A stretch of 60,533 bases of DNA from Hormoscilla sp. GTDB lineage: Bacteria > Cyanobacteriota > Cyanobacteriia > Cyanobacteriales > Desertifilaceae. The DNA is taken from contig JBFRWI010000175.1 in the NCBI GenBank assembly GCA_051439505.1, forward strand, positions 1 through 60,533, written 5' to 3'. Position 1 is the first letter of the stretch; each line of letters begins with the position of its first letter. This document shows positions 41,028 through 49,563 of this stretch, one piece after another. Both the position numbers and the translations under genes were made by a program. The notes under the pieces were generated by a model, which worked only from the letters and a program-made list of their open reading frames with translations, did no database searches and was not told the origin of the DNA.

Positions 41028-42044
41028 GTGATTAGAGTAGCGATTAACGGTTTTGGACGCATTGGACGTAACTTCATGCGATGCTGGATGGGCAGGAAGA
41101 ATAGCAAACTGGAGGTTGTGGGAATCAACGACACTTCTGACCCGAAGACTAATGCCCACCTGCTGAAATACGATTCCATGCTGGGGACGTTCAATGCTGA
41201 CATCAGCGCTGATACTAACTCCCTGATTGTCAATGGCAAGACGATAAAGTGCGTATCCGATCGCAACCCCTTAAACTTGCCCTGGGCTGAGTGGGGAGTT
41301 GATTTGATTATTGAATCGACTGGGGTATTTGTCACGGAGGAAGGTGCCTGCAAGCATCTGACAGCTGGGGCAAAGAAGGTGTTGATTACGGCTCCCGGTA
41401 AAGGTGGCAATGTGGGCACCTTTGTCATGGGTGTTAACCACGAGCAATACAATCACGACGATTACAAGGTCGTCAGTAATGCTAGCTGTACTACCAACTG
41501 CTTGGCTCCCTTTGCTAAGGTGCTGCACGAAAAATTTAATATTATCAAGGGGACGATGACCACTACCCACAGCTACACTGGCGACCAACGCCTGCTGGAT
41601 GCGTCCCACCGGGATGTGCGACGGGCGCGGGCGGCGGCCCTGAATATTGTGCCGACTTCTACTGGTGCTGCTAAGGCTGTAGCCCTGGTGATTCCCGATC
41701 TGAAGGGTAAACTGAATGGTATCGCTATGCGGGTTCCTACCCCTAATGTTTCTGTGGTAGATTTGGTGGTGCAGGTGGAGAAAAAGACCTTTGCTGAAGA
41801 GGTTAATGAAGTCCTGCAAGAAGCGGCTGAAGGTCCACTCAAAGGTATTTTGGAATACTCTGACCTGCCTTTGGTCTCCTGTGATTATCGCGGACATGAT
41901 GCTTCTTCGATCGTGGATGCTAGTCTGACGATGGTTATGGATGGGGATATGGTGAAGGTGATCGCCTGGTACGATAATGAGTGGGGTTACTCTCAGCGGG
42001 TTGTTGATTTGGCCGAACTGGTGGCCGAAAAGTGGCCTGCTTAG
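41028..42044 (+). CDS. gap2: NAD(P)-dependent glyceraldehyde-3-phosphate dehydrogenase
   Basis: [31 protein letters not shown] (Gap2-type S-loop). Confidence 0.97.
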   Translation: MIRVAINGFGRIGRNFMRCWMGRKNSKLEVVGINDTSDPKTNAHLLKYDSMLGTFNADISADTNSLIVNGKTIKCVSDRNPLNLPWAEWGVDLIIESTGVFVTEEGACKHLTAGAKKVLITAPGKGGNVGTFVMGVNHEQYNHDDYKVVSNASCTTNCLAPFAKVLHEKFNIIKGTMTTTHSYTGDQRLLDASHRDVRRARAAALNIVPTSTGAAKAVALVIPDLKGKLNGIAMRVPTPNVSVVDLVVQVEKKTFAEEVNEVLQEAAEGPLKGILEYSDLPLVSCDYRGHDASSIVDASLTMVMDGDMVKVIAWYDNEWGYSQRVVDLAELVAEKWPA

Positions 42045-42054
42045 AGCCAATAGT

Positions 42055-43068
42055 TTAATCGCTAAAGTGCTGAAAGCCCCGACTGAGGCTGAGAACCTCG
42101 CCGGGGCTTGTTTTGTCGCTAGATATTAAAATTGGAGTCCAATCTTCCTGGTGCAGGGATTGAATCTCGCCGATAATGGCGGCTCCTGGGCCCAGCTGTT
42201 TGATTAACAGTTGGGCTGTTTTCGTTGGCAAGCATAGTACAAGTTCAAAGTCTTCGCCGCCGTATAGGGCCCAGGAAAGTGCTTGCTGGGGTGAAACTAG
42301 CTGGGTGATGGCTGTTGGTAGGGGGATTTTTTCGCGGGTTATTCTGGCGCTGACATGACTGGCGCGACAAATTTGGATGATGGCGTCTGCGAGACCGTCG
42401 CTGCTGTCCATGCCAGCTACTCGGATCTGGGATTGGGAATTTAAAATTTCCCACAATGTCGGCAATATGTCTAGTCGGGGTTTGGGCCGCTGGTGCGCAT
42501 TGATGAAGAATTCTCTTTGGGCTGGAGTTAGCTGGTGCTCTAGTTCTGGATGCAATAGCAGTTCTAGACCGGCCTTTGAGGATCCGTGGACTCCTGTAAT
42601 AACTATGGCGTCTCCTGGTTGGGCGGCATCTCGACGGATGGTGCGGTGAGGTGAGACTTGACCGCAGGCGGTGATGGCGAGGGTGATGATGGGCGATCGC
42701 GCTATGTCTCCGCCGATTATATATGTATTGTATTGCTGTAGGCAGTCGGTCATGCCTTGATAGAGTCGCTCTACCCAATCAACTGGGGTATCGCCGGTGA
42801 TGCCCAGTCCGACGGTGATGCCTAGGGGTTCGGCTCCCATTGCCGCTAGGTCCGAGAGGTTGGCCGCTGCTGCTCGCCATCCGGCTGCTTCTGGAGGGGT
42901 GGTGCGATCGCTAAAATGAACTCCATCTACTAACATATCTGTGGTGACTACTAGCTGTTGTCCGGGTTTTATTTCTAGCACTGCGGCGTCATCCCCGATG
43001 ATTTCTTGCGGACAGAAGCGTTGTAATCTATTTAATAGTCCTTGTTCCCCTAGTTTGCTAATTTTCAT
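42055..43068 (-). CDS. thiL: Thiamine-monophosphate kinase
   Basis: GDDAA, NLSDLAAMGA, GGD, MDSSDGL, GGEDFEL. Confidence 0.96.
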   Translation of the reverse strand: MKISKLGEQGLLNRLQRFCPQEIIGDDAAVLEIKPGQQLVVTTDMLVDGVHFSDRTTPPEAAGWRAAAANLSDLAAMGAEPLGITVGLGITGDTPVDWVERLYQGMTDCLQQYNTYIIGGDIARSPIITLAITACGQVSPHRTIRRDAAQPGDAIVITGVHGSSKAGLELLLHPELEHQLTPAQREFFINAHQRPKPRLDILPTLWEILNSQSQIRVAGMDSSDGLADAIIQICRASHVSARITREKIPLPTAITQLVSPQQALSWALYGGEDFELVLCLPTKTAQLLIKQLGPGAAIIGEIQSLHQEDWTPILISSDKTSPGEVLSLSRGFQHFSD

Positions 43069-43371
43069 GGATGTTTGCTATCGGCGTTAGCGGTCAGTTG
43101 TCGGTGAAGCATGGTTAAAGGAATCTCTACAGAGCAGAACCCGGTTGCTAACGTTCGCATCATACCATCGGGATTGTCTTGCTAGCAAACTATTTTATTC
43201 TATCCGATCGCGCTCCATCTGGAAAATGGGGTATTTTGCTAAAATTTACTGTTCTCCTAGCATAGAAGCCCGAACCCTAAAGGGTCCGGCTACGAGAACT
43301 AAGCCCGCCTGCGCGGGCTATATTACTTGTATTGAGATGCACCCTAGACGGCTGGGTAACGTGGACTCAAC

Positions 43372-43575
43372 TTACAAATATTTGTTTTGGTGTAACTTAG
43401 GACAGGGATGTTTGCCATCTTCGTTTTCGCATTCTTTTGGGTTATCCTTGCTCTCGATCGCCCCCCGATCTGCCGTGACTGATAATGCTGAAGTTGGACA
43501 TAAAATTACGATGGACATCAACAAGGGGAAAATTAATCCTCTGGTTTTCACTTTGGCTTTCTCCTCTGCTATCAT
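43372..43575 (-). CDS. Small hypothetical, possibly secreted protein
   Basis: 67-aa ORF with a hydrophobic segment and a C-x7-C pair; start uncertain. Confidence 0.35.
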   Translation of the reverse strand: MIAEEKAKVKTRGLIFPLLMSIVILCPTSALSVTADRGAIESKDNPKECENEDGKHPCPKLHQNKYL

Positions 43576-43725
43576 AATAGAGAAGCTATTTTTTTGTATG
43601 GCTTCATTTGGCTTATGTAGGCGATCGGCCTTTCATCGATCGCCTACATTCCTTTTAACGCCAAGTTAAACCAGAGAATTCCCTTAAATGAAAAATTGCC
43701 CCTCGCTATTACAGCAGGGGCAATT

Positions 43726-43911
43726 TTTTGCAGATAATTTTCTCTCTTCGCTGTTAGCCCGCCGGGGGTTCAAACCCCCGGCTAATAGCTAAAGTCGGTT
43801 AAAACAGACTCATAACATTTTGCAGATAATTTTCTCTCTTCGCTGTTAGCCCGCCGGGGGTTCAAACCCCCGGCTAATAGCTAAAGTCGGTTAAAACAGA
43901 CTCATAACATT
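43726..43911. repeat. Tandem duplication (about 92-bp unit) of a REP-like element
   Basis: TTTGCAGATAATTTTCTCTCTTCGCTGTTAGCCCGCCGGGGGTTCAAACCCCCGG...CATAACATTT occurs twice. Confidence 0.85.
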
Positions 43912-43973
43912 TCGCATTTTTTTAGGAAATGGTAGAATGATGGGATGAGAGGCGATCGCCTCATTTTTGTCAA

Positions 43974-44840
43974 TTAGCTGACGCTATCATCTTGGGATTT
44001 ATGTTGCTTTTTGCGCTTCAGTCCGGCGAGACCGACAGCACTAAATGCTAATAAACCCAATACTGAAGATGGTTCGGGTACACGTTCAGTTTCGGGTGGG
44101 GTGGGTGAGGTGTCTTTCTGAGTAAACCCCGAATAACGAACAGCCTCCTGAGAAAAGTTATAAAAACCGAAGCGACCGGGCTGAAACTCTCCACCGACCT
44201 CATCTGCGCTAATATCAAAGATAGTATTTCCATCAATGTCAATCTTGACCCGATCGCTTTCATAAAGCAGAGTGAAGTCATATTCTGTCCGATCTTGCCA
44301 TCCCTTGCTACTGCCGTAGTCAGTAGCAATGAGGTCAAACTTAGAACTGCTTTTATGATCCCAAAAATTAGGATCGTAGTTACTAATTGCTCCATTTACT
44401 TTGACTAAGCTGAAACCTTCTTGAGCTAATCGTTGTGTCTTTTGCTTCCAATCAAACAGCAGAAAATCAAAGTCATTAACCCCGTCATTATTGGTAGCAA
44501 TTGGTGACTGATATCCGAACACAAATCCGATAAAATCATCATCATTATCGCCACGACCTTCGACTTTTAATTTTCCTTGGATGGTCGTGTCGATAAACTC
44601 GTCGGGACTGACAAAGAAAGTAGGATTATTGTTGATTGTCTGAAGCACAGATGCACCGTCAGCAGACACCACCCACTTTCCGTTAGCTGGAACTCCTTCC
44701 TGCGTCCAGGTACTCAAATCGATCGGCTGTGGTTCTGGAGATAAGGTAGCTGCTTGTGCTTCTCCCACTGGAGAAAACAGGATTCCTAGTGAGAGAACTG
44801 CCGGAATTGAGAACTTTTTCAGTTCAGTTGAGATAGTCAT
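43974..44840 (-). CDS. PEP-CTERM protein with a thrombospondin C-terminal (TSP_C)-like domain
   Basis: Signal peptide AQA-AT; DDDFIGFVFGYQ, WKQ and GRFGFYNFSQE match TSP_C motifs; C-terminal VPEPSSVLGLLAF...KRKK. Confidence 0.87.
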   Translation of the reverse strand: MTISTELKKFSIPAVLSLGILFSPVGEAQAATLSPEPQPIDLSTWTQEGVPANGKWVVSADGASVLQTINNNPTFFVSPDEFIDTTIQGKLKVEGRGDNDDDFIGFVFGYQSPIATNNDGVNDFDFLLFDWKQKTQRLAQEGFSLVKVNGAISNYDPNFWDHKSSSKFDLIATDYGSSKGWQDRTEYDFTLLYESDRVKIDIDGNTIFDISADEVGGEFQPGRFGFYNFSQEAVRYSGFTQKDTSPTPPETERVPEPSSVLGLLAFSAVGLAGLKRKKQHKSQDDSVS

Positions 44841-44894
44841 AAGTCATTTCTCCTACATTAATATCACGTGCCAACATTGCTCTACAACCTATAC

Positions 44895-44921
44895 AACGCT
44901 AAGGATATCGCATTTATTCCC
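44895..44921 (-). promoter_or_regulatory. Putative ECF-sigma promoter GGGAAT-N17-CGTT, copy 1
   Basis: The -10-like element is about 55 nt upstream of the PEP-CTERM start; both elements and the spacing are conserved in three otherwise diverged copies. Confidence 0.6.
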
Positions 44922-45179
44922 AAATCCTCAAAAATGTTTTTGGGCGCTGTCTTCACCATCCCCGATCTCAAATGCAGAGGCAAATGGCAACTGGCTATGG
45001 TATATACCATTTTGGAAAAAATGGTACCATTGTTTAACCAGTATCTTGTCAGTCGGTTTTAACCGACTTTAGCTATTAGCCGGGGGTTTGAACCCCCGGC
45101 GGGCTGACAGCGAAGCGAGCAAATTACAGGGAACAAATTGTAGCTGTTTTCAGGCCCGCTCGTGCCCTGCATTATCTTT

Positions 45180-45206
45180 AACGCCAAGCAGATCGAGATT
45201 ATTCCC
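45180..45206 (-). promoter_or_regulatory. Putative ECF-sigma promoter, copy 2
   Basis: GGGAAT-AATCTCGATCTGCTTGG-CGTT. Confidence 0.55.
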
Positions 45207-45314
45207 AAATTACCAAAAAAATTTTTGGCGCTGTCCGAACCATCCTCTATCTCAAATGCAGAGGGAAATGGCAACTGGACGTTTTCAGGTCCGATCGTGC
45301 CCCGCATTATCTTC

Positions 45315-45341
45315 AACGCCAAGCAGATCGAGACTATTCCC
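45315..45341 (-). promoter_or_regulatory. Putative ECF-sigma promoter, copy 3
   Basis: GGGAAT-AGTCTCGATCTGCTTGG-CGTT. Confidence 0.55.
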
Positions 45342-45461
45342 AAATTCGGAGAAAAATTTTTTGGCCCTGTTCTCACATCCGACTCGCCAGGCTGCGAATG
45401 CCTTGCCCCGCTTACAATAGAACGATATCAGTGGTCCAACTGCCCAGGGAGGGTAGGTTTT

Positions 45462-46172
45462 ATGCAATCATCCGGAAAACTGGCGGACTGTCTTCCCGAA
45501 CAACTGGTAGAGCGCTGTCTCCAGGGAGATACTCAAGCATGCGATCGGCTCTTGCTCGACCAACAGCATCGCCAGACAGTGGAAAGACTCGCCAGGAAAT
45601 ACACCCAGGGAACATCCATATCCTGGGAAGACGCTGCACAAGAGGCACAGGAGAAAGTCCTCAAGGCTACCAGAAGCGGCAAATTTCGCAACGATGGGGT
45701 GGAAAAGTTTTACCGTTGGGCAGCAGCGGTGGCTCAAAACGCCCTCATCGATCGGCTCCGCAAAGAAAATCGCAGGCAAGGGCCATGGTACTGGCACAGC
45801 CTAGACGAGCAGATCCCTGGAACCAACATGATGCGGTGGGAAATCATAGCCGACGACTTTAACCTCTGGGATGTCGTAGAACGTGCCGACTTGGTCTCGA
45901 AGGTGCCAGAAATTCTGGAGACCCTGGACCAGCGCTATCCGAAAAAACGCTATCTCCAGTTGTCCCAGGGTTTGGTTGCCGAAAGAACCCAGTCCCAACT
46001 GGCAGCAGAGTTGGGCGTCGGCCAGAGCGAAGTCTCCAAGCGGCGGAAAGAACTATTGCTGCTAATTGGGAAAGAGTTAGGGCTGTTGAGCGTTGAACGG
46101 GTAGAGACAGAACTGCGCTCTATTCGCCAAGGGAAAGGTCGAGGTCGCACGCGATCGGATAGCCAGTGGTAG
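45462..46172 (+). CDS. Sigma-70 family (ECF-like) RNA polymerase sigma factor
   Basis: LVERCLQGD..A; WEDAAQEA...FYRWAAAVAQNALIDRLRK (region 2); TQSQLAAELGVGQSEVSKR (region 4 HTH). Confidence 0.82.
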   Translation: MQSSGKLADCLPEQLVERCLQGDTQACDRLLLDQQHRQTVERLARKYTQGTSISWEDAAQEAQEKVLKATRSGKFRNDGVEKFYRWAAAVAQNALIDRLRKENRRQGPWYWHSLDEQIPGTNMMRWEIIADDFNLWDVVERADLVSKVPEILETLDQRYPKKRYLQLSQGLVAERTQSQLAAELGVGQSEVSKRRKELLLLIGKELGLLSVERVETELRSIRQGKGRGRTRSDSQW

Positions 46173-46197
46173 AGCAGTCAGCAAGAGGGAAAATAAA

Positions 46198-47475
46198 ATG
46201 AACATCACCGAATCAACAGTTCTGGAATTGCCAAAGATCGATCCAGCAGAGATTAAACCCGGAGAAATATGGTCGATCGCTCGGCGCACCTACAGTCCCT
46301 TAGAATTTGACAGGGACTCCGAACAAAAGCTCTACCCAGAGGCGGCCCGTCGCGAATTGAATGGAGAAGCTGCACCCCGTTACGTGATGATTGTCACGGA
46401 ACCAGAGTTAGATCCAGCAGTCTCGTGGCGCATAGTTTCCGTCATGTTGCTCTCAGAAAAAACAGACTACATCAGCGACGTAGATATCTTGATACCCTCG
46501 CAAATATCGGGAGTCGGGCAAGATTTACTGGCCGAGACTTGGCAGGTGCTACCCATGCTGGATTGTAACTTGTCCCGTCCCCTAGGGCCCAGGCTATCCA
46601 GACCTATATATGATGTCTTGCTGGATGTGGGAGACTATTACCACGGTTTGCGCGATCGGGCACCTGGGATAGCAGAAATTGAGTCCCTGGGGCTGCAAGG
46701 GAGTGCCGTTTCAGCCAGAGAAGATCCAGAAATACAAGCCTTTCACCAAGCAGAAACAGACTGGGCAGCAATTTTGACAGTACCAGTGGCCGCCTATCGC
46801 GCCTACCAGAAGACCCTGGCGGTAACAGATACCCTATTGGAAATGGCTTTACAACTGGAACGAGAATTTCAGGAGAACTCCAGCGCCAGGGATGCGATCG
46901 CAAGTTGCGCGGTGCATCTGAGCCAATGGTTTGAGGGCATTGTGGAGACAGGGTGGCAGAAACTGGAAGAAATTGTGGGAATATCTTCAGCCAACCCAGC
47001 GTTTAACTTTAGAGGGGGTAGCGATCGCAGTGCCACCCCCAGAGACAACTCCGAGCAAATAGCCGATCTAATTAACCTATTGTCCACAACTTCCGACGAG
47101 GATAGTCTCTGGACAGCGGTAGACGACTTGCGGAAAATTGACCCAGAAAATCCGGCCTTAGGGATTAGGAACGCAGAGCCAATTAACTTAGGAGATCCAC
47201 CCAATGGTAAAACTGTAGCGTTAAGCGTCGCGCTCATGCAAAGACCAGACCAAGAGATTGCCATGGTTCTGCGGGTGTATCCTATGGGAGAAAAATATGT
47301 GCCACCTGGTTTGGAACTCAGCTTACTGGATGAAGAAGGGGAAACTGTACTTGCAGCTACAGCAAAGCGTACTGACGCTTACATTCAAATTCAATTGAGC
47401 GGTGAAGCCGGGGAGCAGTTCAGTGCTAAAATTGTGCTTGGGGAGAACAGTATCACCAGAAGCTTTCTGATTTGA
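46198..47475 (+). CDS. DUF1822 family protein with an extra N-terminal domain
   Basis: HLSQWFEG....GWQ and C-terminal LRVYP....VPPGLELSLLDE.G......A...D.YIQIQLSGE.GEQFS..I.LG..SI...F.I. Confidence 0.8.
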   Translation: MNITESTVLELPKIDPAEIKPGEIWSIARRTYSPLEFDRDSEQKLYPEAARRELNGEAAPRYVMIVTEPELDPAVSWRIVSVMLLSEKTDYISDVDILIPSQISGVGQDLLAETWQVLPMLDCNLSRPLGPRLSRPIYDVLLDVGDYYHGLRDRAPGIAEIESLGLQGSAVSAREDPEIQAFHQAETDWAAILTVPVAAYRAYQKTLAVTDTLLEMALQLEREFQENSSARDAIASCAVHLSQWFEGIVETGWQKLEEIVGISSANPAFNFRGGSDRSATPRDNSEQIADLINLLSTTSDEDSLWTAVDDLRKIDPENPALGIRNAEPINLGDPPNGKTVALSVALMQRPDQEIAMVLRVYPMGEKYVPPGLELSLLDEEGETVLAATAKRTDAYIQIQLSGEAGEQFSAKIVLGENSITRSFLI

Positions 47476-47541
47476 ATTAACTGGCTATGTTGTCATCCCG
47501 CCGGGGGTGGCTAACCAGGCGGGAGTTCCAGCCCCGGACCC

Positions 47542-47774
47542 CCATACTTCTCAGTTAATAACTTGTCATTGCGAGGGGGGCTGACAAACAAACTATTTGT
47601 CGATCCCCGAAGCAATCCCCCCCGAAGCAATCCCCCCGTCCTATATGATATGAAAAGCGCTCTTAGCATCGTCGGTGAGATTGCTTCGGGGGGGGGGTTA
47701 ACTCATAAAGCATAAGTCGATCGCGGAGTCCCCCCTCGCAATGACAACCTATATGCAAAACCTACGAAGTATTG
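47542..47774. mobile_element. Degenerate MITE related to 1915-2076, with a GTCATTGCGAG...CTCGCAATGAC core
   Basis: CCATACTTCTCAGTTAA left end, GAAGTATTG right end, and an internal REP. Confidence 0.65.
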
Positions 47775-47950
47775 GCCAGTACCTGGCGCTTACTTCTCTG
47801 TTAATACAATTTTAGATTGCCGATTTAAAATTAGGAAAATCGAGTTGTGTACAAATAAAAATGGTAGATAATAATAGTTTGTATGTGTTAAAATGATTGC
47901 AGGAGGTTGATGCAGAAATGTAGTTTAAGAGTCAGAGCGCAGAATAAAAA

Positions 47951-48973
47951 ATGGAGAATATAGCAGCAGATTATGACGGTCCCTGGAAACAAGCACTGAT
48001 GGATTATTTTCCGGCCTGCATGGAATTTTTTTATCCAGCAGCCTATGCCGACATAGACTGGGATCGGGGCTATGAAATCCTGAATACAGAGCTGCAAAAA
48101 ATCGTTCCGGAGGCCAAAGTAGGTAGGCGCGTAGCCGATATCTTGGTCCAGGTATACCGCAAGAATGGTTCGCCGATAAATGTGCTGGTGCATGTAGAAG
48201 TCCAAACTGAATACGAAGTGGACTTTCCCAAACGGATACATACTTACGAAAGCCTGATCGAATTGCGCCACGATGCGCCAGTGGCCAGCTTGGTAATATT
48301 CGGGGATGACAGACCAAAGTGGCGACCTAAAAAACATGTGTCTAAAATTTGGGAAAACAAAACAATCAGGTCCTATCGTGTAGTCAAACTGCTTGACTAC
48401 CAAAACAAATGGTCTGAGTTGGAGCGCAGCACCAATCCTTTTGCGGTGATGGTGATGGCCCATTTGAAGACAATGGCAACGCGCCAGGATGCCCAGAAAC
48501 GCTTGGAATGGAAAACCAGAGTAACCAAAGGGCTGTTGTCGGCTGGATATAGCGAAAAAGAAATTCGCAGCCTGTTGCGGCTAGTATACTGGATGATGCG
48601 ACTGCCAGAAGGTCTGGAACGGGAATTTCAAATTCAACTCGATCAATTCTTGGAGGAAAAAGAAATGCCGTATGTAATGATGCCTTGCGAACAAGATGCA
48701 ATGGAACGGGGACTGTCCCAAGGACTGGAACAGGGATTGGAAAGGGGATCCCTGCTTTCCCGTCGAGAGGACATAATCGATATCCTAGTTCTGAAGTTTT
48801 CTGAAGTCCCCTCCGAAATAGCCGATCGCATCAATAAACTGTCCGATGCGTCGGTGCTGCGGGAGCTTCTCCAGCGTTCGGTGACGATCGCCTCTCTATC
48901 AGACTTCTCAGAGGTGCTCGATCGGCTTGTGGTGACAACGGCAGAAGATAGTAGTTCAGAGCAGTATAACTAA
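47951..48973 (+). CDS. Rpn-like PD-(D/E)XK nuclease / putative transposase
   Basis: DYDGPWK, RVADILVQV, VLVHVEVQ, SNPF-like TNPFAV..MAHL; EQG repeats before a variable C-terminal domain. Confidence 0.85.
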   Translation: MENIAADYDGPWKQALMDYFPACMEFFYPAAYADIDWDRGYEILNTELQKIVPEAKVGRRVADILVQVYRKNGSPINVLVHVEVQTEYEVDFPKRIHTYESLIELRHDAPVASLVIFGDDRPKWRPKKHVSKIWENKTIRSYRVVKLLDYQNKWSELERSTNPFAVMVMAHLKTMATRQDAQKRLEWKTRVTKGLLSAGYSEKEIRSLLRLVYWMMRLPEGLEREFQIQLDQFLEEKEMPYVMMPCEQDAMERGLSQGLEQGLERGSLLSRREDIIDILVLKFSEVPSEIADRINKLSDASVLRELLQRSVTIASLSDFSEVLDRLVVTTAEDSSSEQYN

Positions 48974-49046
48974 CTGTAAGTAGGAAGATCGCCCGACAGC
49001 TATGGGCGGGCGATCGCGAAAGATCGTTTTTTTGTCGGAGAAAGAG

Positions 49047-49325
49047 ATGCCTTATAGAATGATGCCTTGCGAACAGGATGCAATGGAACAGGGATTGAAT
49101 AGGGGAATCATGCAAAAAGGCCGGGAGAATATAATCGATATCCTGGTTCTGAGGTTTTCTTCTGTACCCTCCGAAATAGCCGATCGCATCAATAAACTGT
49201 CCGATGCGTCGGTGCTGCGGGAGCTTCTCCAGCGTTCGGTGACGATCGCCTCTCTATCAGACTTCTCAGAGGTTCTCGATCGACTGGCGGTGAATGATTC
49301 GGAGGCGGGCTCGCGGGAAAGCTAA
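49047..49325 (+). CDS. Stand-alone copy of the Rpn C-terminal module (RpnS-like)
   Basis: GGAG RBS, MPYRMMPCEQDAMEQG...; near-identical DNA to 48665-48925. Confidence 0.7.
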   Translation: MPYRMMPCEQDAMEQGLNRGIMQKGRENIIDILVLRFSSVPSEIADRINKLSDASVLRELLQRSVTIASLSDFSEVLDRLAVNDSEAGSRES

Positions 49326-49379
49326 TTTTTTTTGCAATTGTGGAATATGGGGGAAAGCCTTGACGTTTGAGATAGTATA

Positions 49380-49527
49380 TTGCGAATCTCGGCATTGATG
49401 TGGTATATTTAGATAGCCTATTTGTCATTGCGAGGGGGGGGATAACCGTGATCAACTTATGCTTTATGCATTAACCCCCCCGAAGCAATCTCACCAATCG
49501 CATATCACAGTAATATGAGAACTGCTA
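49380..49527. mobile_element. MITE family A (inverted relative to 291-440)
   Basis: TTGCGAATCTC...GAGAACTGCTA flanked by TA; the interior matches the reverse complement of 291-440. Confidence 0.8.
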
Positions 49528-49563
49528 TATATGGTATAAGAATAATAGGAGGTGTGTCAAAAT

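Noticed and set aside
41271..42050. 259-aa minus-strand ORF
   Set aside because: Antisense shadow of gap2.
45162..45461. 100-aa N-terminal extension of the sigma factor
   Set aside because: It is a translation of the duplicated promoter-like segments; ATG 45462 is the more plausible start.
48665..49325. Diversity-generating retroelement template/variable repeat pair
   Set aside because: No reverse transcriptase in the window, and the differences are not adenine-specific.
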